DNA of 64,000 nucleotides. It comes from Chrysomallon squamiferum (taxonomy: Eukaryota > Animalia > Mollusca). How positions within the stretch are numbered: position 1 is the first letter of the stretch; every line of letters begins with the position of its first letter. Under the pieces are notes generated by a model. It was not told the origin of the DNA. It searched no databases and saw only the letters and a list, made by a program, of their open reading frames with translations. The stretch is from assembly GCA_012295275.1 (NCBI GenBank), contig CM022671.1, positions 10,602,001 to 10,666,000 of the forward strand, read 5' to 3'. Shown piece by piece: positions 1 through 11,488 of the stretch. The position numbers were made by a program, and so were the translations under genes.

Positions 1-262
1 TTATTTTTCCTATTTGTTATCTTTTTCATGAGCAGATCATAGGCACATTCTTAACTTTCACATTTGCTTCTCAGGTTTTTTCTTAATATTATAATAAGTT
101 CAGATATTTCTTCACTTTATTTTTGCAGTGTATGAAAAGTGGAAAATGTCAGTCATTTATTGAAATTCCTTACCCACAGATGGATTTTTATTGAAGAACA
201 GTGTTCATGTACTTTGCTGTGATGAAGGATATTTTTTGTCAATCTTGTTTTCTTTTAATAAG

Positions 263-432
263 ACGATAACAAAACATTTCAGACTGATATGTCAGATGAA
301 GATCAGACTTGTGAAGAGGAGCAAGTTTTTGATGACAATGTTTATGAGATAGTTACACCAGAAGATGATACCTCTGATGATTATGATAATGATTTCCCAT
401 TATGGGAAAAAGTGAAGAAGAGAAAATCTCAG
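263..432 (+). CDS. Putative internal coding exon, acidic low-complexity peptide (DNKTFQTDMSDEDQTCEEEQ...FPLWEKVKKRKSQ); parent gene unknown
   Basis: Pyrimidine tract + AG at 261-262, 170 nt without a stop in one frame, CAG|GTAAG donor at 433. No recognisable domain. Confidence 0.4.
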
Positions 433-559
433 GTAAGATTATATTGATGCTTGTTCCTATTCACACACACCATACACAATTAAACTCAGTTAAAACCTAC
501 TTACAACTTTTGTTTTACATTTGTAAGCAGTATATACTTTAGTCAGTTCTTTTACTCAG

Positions 560-613
560 ATAAACAGTCTATTGACAGAAGCCAGTAATGAAAGATGTGA
601 TGGTTCAAAGTGG
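560..613 (+). CDS. Putative small exon continuing the 263-432 frame (INSLLTEASNERCDGSKW)
   Basis: ttttactcAG acceptor, GTAATT donor at 614, phase-0 compatible with the previous exon. Confidence 0.3.
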
Positions 614-2193
614 GTAATTAAATAATTAACAAAAGACTTGTTACATTGAATCATTTACTGTTATAAAATTTCAACTGTTTACCTTCATTTCAGTTTGCTA
701 ATGTTTTTTTATAATTCTCCATAATAACCAAAACATAGTGATAAATGTTTCACATATCAGTTAGTTCAGAATTATGATGGGACTGTTCTTTTGCTATAGT
801 GTAGCATTTTATATAAATATGACCACAGAAATAAATAAATAAGTAATTTCATGTGATTTACAAAATCATGCAAAATCATTTAGTTCATAGTTACAAGACA
901 AAACTGATAATGTTCAGTTAAAGCATTTATTCCTAGTTAAAGTGTCCTTTGCTGATATGAACACAACTATCATGTACATTTTACATTTTAACAAGTTATG
1001 TTTTATTTTGGGTTTTTTAAACTATTTATTTTTCCTTTATTTTTTCCTTTATATTTTCATTATTTTTTTTTTTTTCCCTGCAAATCATAATTAATAATAA
1101 AGTATATATATTAAAGTTTACACTTCAGAAATATATTAGTCTTGATACAACTGTGTAATTTTTTGTTTTTTGTTTTAATTATTCTGAAGATTGTTTTCAT
1201 CTAATGTGGATTATTTATGGTAAGTACAGGTTTAAACTGCACTTTTTTTTATATGTTGTTGTTGTTGTTTTGTAATTTACAAATTAAGGCTTGAAATGAT
1301 TATTTATTTAATCATTGTTTTAGTTCATACTAACCAAAATTTACAAGTTCTATCATTTTTTTTTTCATATAACAAAACTTGATTTACTAATACCATGTAC
1401 AAACATAGTCTGCTGATGAATAGTAATAACATAGAAGAAATAAGAGAATTGCTACATGATATTTTTGTGTTTTTGACCTCCAGTCATGTAAATATCTATA
1501 ATGCATACTTCATAGACAAATTAATTCGTAAAATCAACTCTTTTGAAACATCGGTTTCAGAAGAATGTTCTGATTTTGATGAATATAATTTTAAACAAGT
1601 AGACATGAAAATGTTGCAACCTGGTTACCATACAGAGGAGGAAGAATTTCTAATTTAGCTGAAAACTCTCCTTTTAAGGCATTTTCTGAAGTTATCTTAG
1701 AAAATGTTAAGAAGATTTGCTTGGCATGTAAATTTGATGAAAATAGTAATGTCAATACATATTTTGCCGTTATGGTCCAATATACTTTCGACAAATATAG
1801 CACAGACAGAAAAATCTGCATCAGAAATTCCCAGTAGTAAAAACTTTATTCACGAGCAGATGAAAACAACTAGTACAATTGAAAATAGGTTTACAATTCT
1901 GAAGTATATTGGACTGCAAGGCAGAACCCAATATAGACAGGATGATTTTTCAGAAAAATTGCATAATCTAACTGTTTCAGTGCAAAAATTGGCAGCTGTA
2001 GATTGTATGAAAGTGAACAAATATTTAAGGAAGATAAAGAAATCAATTGGCAAAAAAATCAAAATCAGAAATGTGGGCCATATCAAAACAGTAACCTGAT
2101 AATTTTAAGAAGAAAGGTACTTTTCAGCAAGCTCCCAAAAATAAAATTGAAACAACATACAATACCACTAAAATATGGAACAAATCCAGTCTA

Positions 2194-3183
2194 GTGTATG
2201 ATCACTGCTTCAAAAGTGTGCATTATAGTCATGAGAAAAATGTAAAAACTGTTGACCAAGATCTCACTGATTTAGGATTCATCTGCAGACCTATGAAGAA
2301 TTTTGGCAACACCTGCTGGTTTAATGCAGTGATGCAAGCCCTAGCAGCAAGTGATTTAGCATGTTTAATTCTTTATGAAAATAAATGTCAGCCTGTAACT
2401 GTATATTCTGATAATGTAAAATTACCACTTCACAGAGCAGAAGAAAGTGTGATAAAAATACTGAAAATTTTGAAAGATGAAAATAAACACTGCAAAGAGG
2501 TACCAGATGTTATTTTACACAATGCAATAGTAAATGTTGCTTATGCAATGAGAACAAATATTAATAGTCAGCAAGATGCTAATGAGTTGTTTACTAAAAG
2601 TATTGGCAATCTAACTGAAAGGGTTCAAGGTAGTATTATTTTGCAACACGAATATATTTGTTTACAGTGTAGCTCAACAACATTCAGTGAGAATAATTAT
2701 GAGCATTTCATAACATGTCACCTTGATGCAATGGGCCACAGTTCTGTGCAACAGTTATTTGACAATTCTATTAAATCAGAGACAGTGAGAAAAAATTCAA
2801 ATTATATTCATATTCCTCACAATTTGTTCATAAAATGTAATGATCAGAGTAAAAATGCAGAAAAAACAGAAATTAAATATCAGCTGAAGAGTATTGTCTG
2901 TCATCACGGAGGTTCCTGTCACGGAGGTCACTATACCACACTTATTGAACATCAGTTTGTTTCATGTGATGATAATTCTCTGTCTTTTTCAACTGACAAC
3001 TTTAATCTTACATGCTACATGTTATTCTATGATAGAGTAGACAAACATTTGCCATTATATACTGAACCGGTTATTAATGCAATGTGCATAAGCAATGGTT
3101 TCAAGGCTTTAAAAAGTAGCAATATTTTTTCTAGTTCGAGGATAATTCAGTGTTTGTATCTGATAAATACACTAAGGAAATAG
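2194..3183 (+). pseudogene. Ubiquitin-specific protease (peptidase C19) domain within the decayed element
   Basis: Cys box MKNFGNTCWFNAVMQAL, QQDANE box, CLQC, His box YQLKSIVCHHGGSCHGGHYT, CDD, CYMLFYDR. No ATG start, flanked by stops and frameshifts, apparently internally deleted. Confidence 0.85.
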
Positions 3184-3486
3184 AAAATGACATCAAAATA
3201 CATATTTGGCACAAAATAGAAAAATATGAAAAACATTTCATTATTCTAAACCCATGTGAATTTTTATACTTGTATTTAAACCATATACACTGACTATTGC
3301 AGAGAATTTTTAAACACTTGGTTTGAACTATTATAAATGCAAGGAAGGTAATGAAAAGTATGCATGTTCTGACACTGTTTTCTCCGTTCAAGTTGAAACA
3401 TTTCTAATCAGGAAGTCACTAAACATATCATGAGAGCAAATAAACATGATGAAAGTAATTGTTCATGATATGAAAACAATTTTCTT

Positions 3487-3780
3487 GTGTTTGTAATAAG
3501 TTTACCAAAGATTTTAATTGTTATTATATCAGATTGTACAAGTGTTAGACACAAGGCGATTAACCAAATAACATTACATGATGTCAAGACTGCCACAATT
3601 GTTGATGGAACATCATACAAGCTAAATTCACTTGTGCAGAAAAGAATGGAGAATGGATTCTTGTTTGTTGTGATGGTTTACTAAAAATGGAAGTAAAAAA
3701 TGGTGAAATGAAACCTGTAAATGACATAAATGTAACAGATTTACAAACATGCAGATCACTGTTATTATTTTCCGACAAAA
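3487..3780 (+). pseudogene. Second, degenerate USP-like segment without catalytic His
   Basis: FVISLPKILIVII (USP LP.IL motif), SYKLNSLVQK (Y.L.SVV.H position), then in a shifted frame VNDINVT...SLLLF (DD..V / YLLFY positions). Confidence 0.4.
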
Positions 3781-3830
3781 ATATAATAAACAGAGTATAA
3801 TGAGAGACATTACATTTTAGTAAGAAAAAA

Positions 3831-4175
3831 TTGATTAAGAAACAAACAGAGCTCATCACTGATTATAATCCAATAAAGAAGCAAACACTGGAATATGTTG
3901 TTAGCACTGAAATTGATGGTGTAACAGTAAATGCAGATTTCTTAAACAATATTCTTCAACATGATTGCTGCCTTAACAGTAGCCACATTAATGTATTCAT
4001 GTCTGTACTATAAAAACAACTGAAAAATCAAAATAATCACATGGTAGAATGTGGTTGGTTCAGTCAGAAGATTTTAGTTAATGGTGATAGAGATCAACCT
4101 AGATGGACATTTCACGTTGCAGAAAGTAAAAGTAAAAGATAGTTTGATTATAAATATGTTGTTGTACATCTGAAT
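3831..4175 (+). pseudogene. N-terminal half of a Ulp1/SENP-like (peptidase C48) domain, with two in-frame stops
   Basis: One frame reads CLNSSHINVFMSVL*KQ...CGWFSQKIL...QPRWT...R*FDYKYVVVHLN, matching the WLND..IN.YM / RWT / F..D..LVPIH spacing. It stops just before the catalytic His-Trp. Confidence 0.6.
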
Positions 4176-4880
4176 TAACAGGTCACTACAAAGGTGTTTT
4201 TTTGCATTTTTAAAGAAAGCTGTAGCCAGTGTTTTTACAATACATTGCTTAATTCATCAGCAACATCTGGTTGCCAGGAACTTAAGTGATCAGCTTCATA
4301 AATCCCTTGATGTTGTCATTAAGGCAGTAAATAAAATAAACTGTCAAACCCCTCAGTTCCCGAGTGTTTCGACAACTCTGTAACAACAACGATGAAGAAT
4401 TTGATCACCTTCTATGATATACCGAAGTGAGGTGGTTATCCAAAGGAAACTGTTTAAAATGATTTTATTCTCTTTTCAACAGCATAGTGCAATTTCTCCA
4501 GGAAAATAAATGTAATCATTTGAGTGATTATCTTTTAGCAAACAAAACAGACATTGTCTATTTAACAGATCTATTCACCATATTCAACGATCTCCATTTG
4601 CAATTGCAAGGCAGTGATCTAAATCTTATCCAAGCAAAATCTAAGATATGTACATTCTTAAGAAACATTTTTACTTGAATGTTTTCTTTTTGCATTAAAT
4701 ACAATATTTACATCATCTTTTTTTTATATTTCTTCTTCATGCTGTAGACTTTTAGAAGACTAAATGTAAGTTTATCAAACATTACTCAGGACTTCATTTG
4801 TTTTAAAACATTGTGTGTTGTAACTTATGAATGAATTTTGGAAGTGGGGGCACTAGTACAAAAAAGGTTGGGAAACACTG
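4176..4880 (+). mobile_element. hAT (Buster/Charlie, ZBED5/SCAND3-like) transposon remnant with right TIR
   Basis: TGHYKG.., FTIHCLIHQQHLVARNL (CxxH), YTEVRWLSKGNCL, DIVYLTDLF..FNDLHLQLQGSDLNLI. 3' terminus AAAAAGGTTGGGAAACACTG at 4861-4880 is typical of Charlie-type elements. Left end missing. Confidence 0.88.
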
Positions 4881-5165
4881 CCCTATTACATACAATAAAT
4901 AAAAAAACAAGCCAACCGTTTGTCATGACAGAAACTGTTTTACTTATATACTTATGATGCAATATTTTCCATGAATGTAACTTCACTGATACCTTTACAG
5001 AAATAACTTTATATTCCATTTATTAAATATAAATTCTTTATTTCAAATATTTGAACTATATATTCATGTGAAATTATGTCAAAATAAATGATTTTAAAAC
5101 AAATTTCTGTGTTATTTTCTTATCATTTTATAATCAAAGTAGACCATTCTGAATTAATATATTAA

Positions 5166-5455
5166 GGTGTGCATTATGCATGTGCAAATAGACCAATTCT
5201 GATATACTGGGTAGGAGTTACCTTGCTTGTTTTGTTTGGTTCACACCATGAAACTTCATTGATGGACCTGATTACAGTTTGATGACAGAACGTTAATTCT
5301 AAATTATTGGGAAACAATTTTGAGGGGTTTATATATAAGAGACCTTTACTTTCTTTTATTTCAGGTCCACTGAGGAGGTTTGATCGTTGAAACCTAGTTC
5401 ATGAGGTGATCTAAACTCCACTCCAGTAAATCAAATACCATGTCTGTTGCATACC
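5166..5455. mobile_element. 290-bp palindromic MITE, TTAA-flanked with GG..CC termini (Kolobok-like)
   Basis: TTAA|GGTGTGCA ... TGCATACC|TTAA. Further imperfect inverted matches: tgatatactgggtaggagtta / taaactccactccagtaaatca and tggacctga / tcaggtcca. Confidence 0.6.
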
Positions 5456-8400
5456 TTAATATATTACTACATATCACTAAAAGAAAATCAAATTTTATTA
5501 CAGAATATATCCCTTTTTCTCCTATTTATTTATTTATTTATTTATTTATTATTATTATTATTTATTTATATCATTGACCAGAATTAAGAACTGTATGTCA
5601 AATAAATTAGGGGATATAAAAAATATTTAGCTTATCCAAAAACTAATTTAGAATGGCCAACCTTATCTAAGGTCTAATTTTAAAAGGTAGATTTTATTAC
5701 CAATTTTTATAGGTGTTATATCTATAAACTGATTACAAAAGGCAAACATTTTTATTAATGGTTAATTCTTGGTTTTTACATCATACATGTGAAGGAAATT
5801 TAAAATGAAGTATTTATTATCAATATTTTATGTGTGCATTATTCAATAACTAATTTCAAAAAGTTATGTGGGTACATTTTCTATACTCTTATTTAAAAAA
5901 ACAGTTTAGAAACAAATTTTTGATGGGTGCATAATTCAAAAAAAAAAAAAAAAATTAAGTTATATGAGAATACTTTTCATAAGTTTAAATGGTAGATTTC
6001 AATAACAGTTTATTCCTGGAACACACATCTATCAGTTTTAAAACATACTTTATTATCAAATTATGCTCAAACTTTATCAATAATTAAATTTTAACATTAT
6101 CTTATGGACAGTTTATATGGATGCTTTTTTTTCTGACCCCAATGTAAACATTTATTTTAGATGTTTCATCTGTAAGCCAGATTTAGTTACAATTTATTAC
6201 ATGATTATGATGACAAAACTGATATAGCAGATATGCCAAGGTGTGGAATAAATCAGGCAAGCGCTCTTGAGGTAATTGTGTTTTTGTTTTTGTCTCTTCG
6301 GTCAATAAAAAAGCATTAACAATATGCCGAGGTAATTTATTTCTGTATGAATAAAGAGTTAATAGTTTTTGTCAGTATTCGTTTATTGGTTCATCTGGGT
6401 TTCTTGGTTGCAAGAATAAATCTGCACCGACTTGTTAATAAACAGTTAACAACTTATATACAGAATTTGTTTATTTATTTACTTCTTTATTTTCTGAATA
6501 ACTCTGGATTGGTTTCCGATAAATAAACAGTTAACAGTTTTACTATAGTATTTATTATATTTTGATTGTAACAGCTAATGCACTGTTTATTTGTATTACT
6601 GCCTGATTTGTTAAAAGATAAAAATATTAATTTGTTTTGTATGCTTTGAGAAATAAAAATGAAAGTGTATTTGTACAACAGTGTAGGTATGCACGTATCA
6701 TATACGTCAATGAACTGTTGGTTACAGATAACAAAAATGGCTACATGCCTCATTTTATCTTATAATGACTAGAAACAGTGACATGATATCATATCTAGAT
6801 AAATTTCTACATTTTCCAGAAATATAGCCTTTTGGGACACAACTATTTTTAATTTGATAAATTGCATGTTACACATACACAAGGTTTCAGGCAAAAGTGA
6901 TGTCAATATCATTAATCTACTGCTTTTCTATCTGTTATCAGTCAGGATATTTTATCCATTTAAAATTAAATATTATGACATAGAAAGACATTTATCATAT
7001 TTAACTGAGAAATATTTATATCAAAATTTATTATATTCTATACATATATTCACAATATGTTTAAAAAGAGCTCTAAAATCTGATGTTATCACAAATGTGA
7101 AATACTGCTGAAGCACGAAAGTGGGACCAAACAACTGGACTATCTACGAGCGAAGACATTCCATCGTTTAATCCTCCATGTAAGAAACAATGACAATAAC
7201 AACTTATACAGTGGATGTGTCAATTGTGGCATGCATTTGCTGGATTGGAAAAACTGATATAATCAACGATAGTGACAGATGCACACTGCAACATTTCTTG
7301 GGGAGCGTATTTTGGGGTGTGAAAAGGTACCTATGCTAACGATCGATTTAAAACTTGGGGATTATTCTTACAAGAAGACTGATGGTAGTTGTACCGATAC
7401 AAACAATGAATGAATGAAAAATGAAATAAGTACATCAGAAATAACAGACATAAATGCTCTTTTCTTTTAATTGCACATTTTAGGTGACCAAATCTAATGT
7501 TCTACTCATTTTATATCATTTCAGTATCTAGCTGTCAGGAAGTATAGCATTTCTTCATGGAATTTCACCCCAGTCAATATGTTTAAAAAACAGCTGTAAA
7601 ATCTCACTTTATCACAAAAGTTCAATTTAAAATTCTGTTCTAAATTTGTTTCTCTTACCACTCATCAGAGTGTATTAAAATAGTCACCAGTTTGTGTTCT
7701 AAGGGTATATCAGTATTTTATAAATAACATGCTGACTTGTAAAACAAGATCACCTTTCATCACACAAACAAGTCCAATTGTAACTATAGGCAACTGTCTC
7801 TGTTTGTGCCCTTAACCTGGTTCATTGCCATCAACCTGGATTGTAAAATTTTATACATAAACATACTGATGGATCAAGCAGTTCAGCATTTAGTAATCTG
7901 CTGGGATCTCTGATTATTAGCCTCAGCTATCATTCCCTGGACTGCTTACTCCCATCTGATAGAATTCCCATTTCGTTGAAAGGCTAAATGTGGTTCAATG
8001 GTCTTATTTACATGCTTGGTTTTACCTCAGTGATTATAATAAACTGTTCCAGATTATTTGGAAAGTGATTATTATTGTATAAATACAGTAATATCTCGTT
8101 TAACGATATCCCTCTTTAACAACTTTTTTTTTTTACAAATTATATAAATAGAAATTTAATAGTTAATTGCTCGAAATAAATGATACAAATGGATACAATG
8201 CATGTTTTTAAGTCCGTTTTCTTTAGTTTTTCGTTCATTCACGAGCTTCTGTCAGCTGTGTTGATCAGATGACAGGTCATAGGTGCATCTGATATTCTGA
8301 TTCCCTTTTCTCTTCTGCTTCGATTTAGACTTAAACTCGTTTGTAATTTACCCTTCCAATATGTCAAAACGAATATGGCAAATGCTGATGATAAAAAGAA

Positions 8401-9361
8401 TGGGAAGGCAATAACTTCAGAAACAAAATACATTATCTTAAATGAAACCAAAACCCACAAAGATGAACCCACAATGAGCAGCATGTAATTCTTTCTTAAT
8501 GTATTTATATAAATTGATTTGTAAATGATTTACTTTTTATTTAATATCTATAATCTATTAAATCAGTTATGTCTAAACGGCCATTTTACTTCTCCTTATT
8601 TTACCTTTTTTGGGTGAAATTTCATCAGCGAGATAATAACCATTGCTTTTAACCTTAATTCTATGTAAATTAGTCTCCCACTTAACTATACCTCACTTAA
8701 CGATCGGAAATTTGGAACCAACTACATCTTTAATCTGAGGTATTATTGTAGTATGGATATCGCTTATCGTATAAAGTATGCAAATATGACAAATATCGAA
8801 ATAATCTATGTATGGAATGTAGTGAATGTAAATAATTAAAAAAGAAGGTATTCATCTAAAAGTATTCCCAATGATTTTGTCCTTCGTATAAACTTTCTCA
8901 GTCATAGCCAAAGTATTTGCAGGTCATATCGTTAGTGTACATACTATTAATATACTATGACACATATATTGTATAATATGTGCACAATGTGAATATGTAT
9001 GTGAGTAACGTAAATATACTGAGTAACATATGTCTTGAACATGTTTAAGCTGAATATGGTTTAATTCGAACAGTTAATGAAAAAGGTAACGGTCACATAT
9101 TCTATTTCCTGAATATAAATGAATTACTCGAATGTAAAATATGTTTTTCTTAAATTATATTGCTGAATAAAATTATATATTTATAATATTTTTGTCGTTT
9201 TCTTTTACAGAAGCAAGCCATGAGAATTAACAAAAAAAACATTGTGCCGCTTTTTTTTTTTTTTTTTAATAGATAGATGAAATTGATGTAAAATTGTTTA
9301 TTATTGGTCGGTTGTTTTGTAACGGACAGGAAACATTTATGAATTAGAAATGACCAGATTA

Positions 9362-9393
<32 letters not shown>

Positions 9394-10712
9394 ATAAGAA
9401 TAAGAATATGAATAACAATAATAACAACAACAGCAACAATAACTGTAATAATATTCTAATAATAATAATAATATTGTTGATGATAATGATTTTGATGATA
9501 ATAATGAAAAAGGTAAAAATCTACAACAAAAGTGAATGCTTATTCTGCTTTCCTTTGATGTTACATAACTGATTTAGGAACAATGCACTCCGCCTCTGAA
9601 TGTTAGAAAGAAACCAGATGTATGTACAGGCCAAGTTCATTATATACAGAGGTAATCAGGTATTGCGGTAGATGAGTTTTTTCTACGAAATGGGAATTAT
9701 ATGAACAGGGAATTCTACCAGATGGGAAGACACCCCCTGGACAGTAATAGCAGTTTGTAAACTGCCATGCTATGTTACAAGAATGCCAGAATGGGAGAAC
9801 AGATTTAACCTGCAATGCCTGTACTGAGGATTCCCATAAGCAAAGAGCTAATGTCTCATCTGTCAGCATTACTTTACATCCCACTGGAGAGACACTGATC
9901 TAGCTGCCTGCCAAAACACATACTTTTCACTGTGCCTCTGACCAACAAGCACCAAGATTTCATAAAAATGGAAGTTAAATCAAAGCAGGATGTAGACAAT
10001 TTTACAGCCGAGTTCTCTAAACTGAGACATTAAGAAGACTTTCTTGTAAACACTGGGAGATTGAAGAAAGATGTTCTGGAGAATAAGCTATAGAAAGAGT
10101 TCTTCCAAGACAACATAATAATCTATGATACAGTTAATTAACTGGGTCATTGACATCTTCATTCAACTTACACACTTAAAACAAACCTTCACTAAAAACT
10201 GAGGAAACTGCATAATCTGAATACAAAGTAACATCTTACTTGGTTTTTCTTGGGTTTTCTTCTGTAACACATAATATTATCTACATTTTTCTCCAAAAAT
10301 CAGGCCCTTTTATCAACATGTATTATGTTTTGATACAGTTATTTCAAGTTTACTGAATTAATGGATGGATGGAAGGATGCTATATAAGTACTTTATCAAG
10401 TGTGTGTTTGTGAGATGACTTAAACAATATGACCAGAATACTTTTCCAAAAAGTAAAATTGTAGTTTGTGTTACAGTACATAATAATTTATATAACTGGA
10501 TCATTTCAGGAACAAAAATGGATGCAGTTTCTTCTTTAACTGATGATTTCTAATATACGATTAGAGTATCACACTTTATATGACTGTACTTTGTCACTTA
10601 AACTAATGCTTTTTAAACATTTCCATGCCATTTGAAATAAAGTCTTACATTCATTTGCAAATATCGTTCATCACGTTATAATAATACTAATAATACTACT
10701 AATAATAATAAC

Positions 10713-10743
<31 letters not shown>

Positions 10744-11488
10744 CAGAAACTGCATGTACCTAGAGGTTCAGAATGTAGTAGTGTGTCATTTATATATATA
10801 TTTATTTGTTTAACTGAAAGTTCTGTATGTAAGTAGGTATGTGTATTTCTGCCGGAAATGCGTCTGCCATTTTCTGCCAAATCCGTGTGATCAGGGTTTC
10901 CCCGATGGCGAGTGGTGTCTCTTCGTAAATTGCTTCTCATTGGTCAGGGGCTGGGAGTTTCGGTTATCCCTGATGGTATAATTAGTGGGAAATTCCCGTA
11001 TCCTCACTCGTTTTCGAATTTTTCAGTTCGGTAAATTGGTTCGTTTTGGAGGAGAGTTTGAAATTTTGTCTCGTATTCAACACGTTTAAATCGGTCGTTT
11101 TCGATATCAGAGGATAATCTAAGGTAGGTGGAGGCGAAGAACAATATTTTATTTTATTATATGTGAATTTATATTGAAATCTGACACAGCTGAAAAAAGT
11201 TATACACCCGGAATGATGAGCTGTAAAATCAAAATGGCTTAAAAATCGAACATCATCAACATGGCGGATGAAAATTTGAGTGAAACTGAAGTGACTTCTA
11301 CCCTTCATTTCAGCTATTATGTTTGATAAATGAGTGATAGAACAGATTGTGATGCTGTATAAATATAGTATTATATACGACTGTACTCTGTGTCACACTT
11401 TTATTACCCAATGGATTGTAAATAGTGGATGATTGTGGATTTTGCGAGTGTCTTCAGCCAATCAGTATGAACTAATGCTCAAGTCCCA

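Larger units (their letters stand above)
1395..4175 (+). mobile_element. Decayed MULE-type (NOF/Rehavkus-like) transposon coding region: transposase C-terminus followed by protease domains
   Basis: Frameshifted pieces ENSPFKAF..NTYF / ILPLWSNIL / TTSTIENRFTILK..RQDDF / EINWQK..GPYQ resemble the C-terminal part of NOF-clade transposases (E of IENRF as likely catalytic Glu). The region is intronless and followed by USP and Ulp1-like remnants. Termini not found. Family call is from recalled motifs. Confidence 0.55.

Noticed and set aside
9390-9572. Poly-N/poly-I/poly-L ORFs (also 10671-10940, 15993-16202, 33900-34145, 36113-36387, 42992-43174, 46048-46478)
   Set aside because: Translations of (AAT)n or poly-T microsatellites, not genes.
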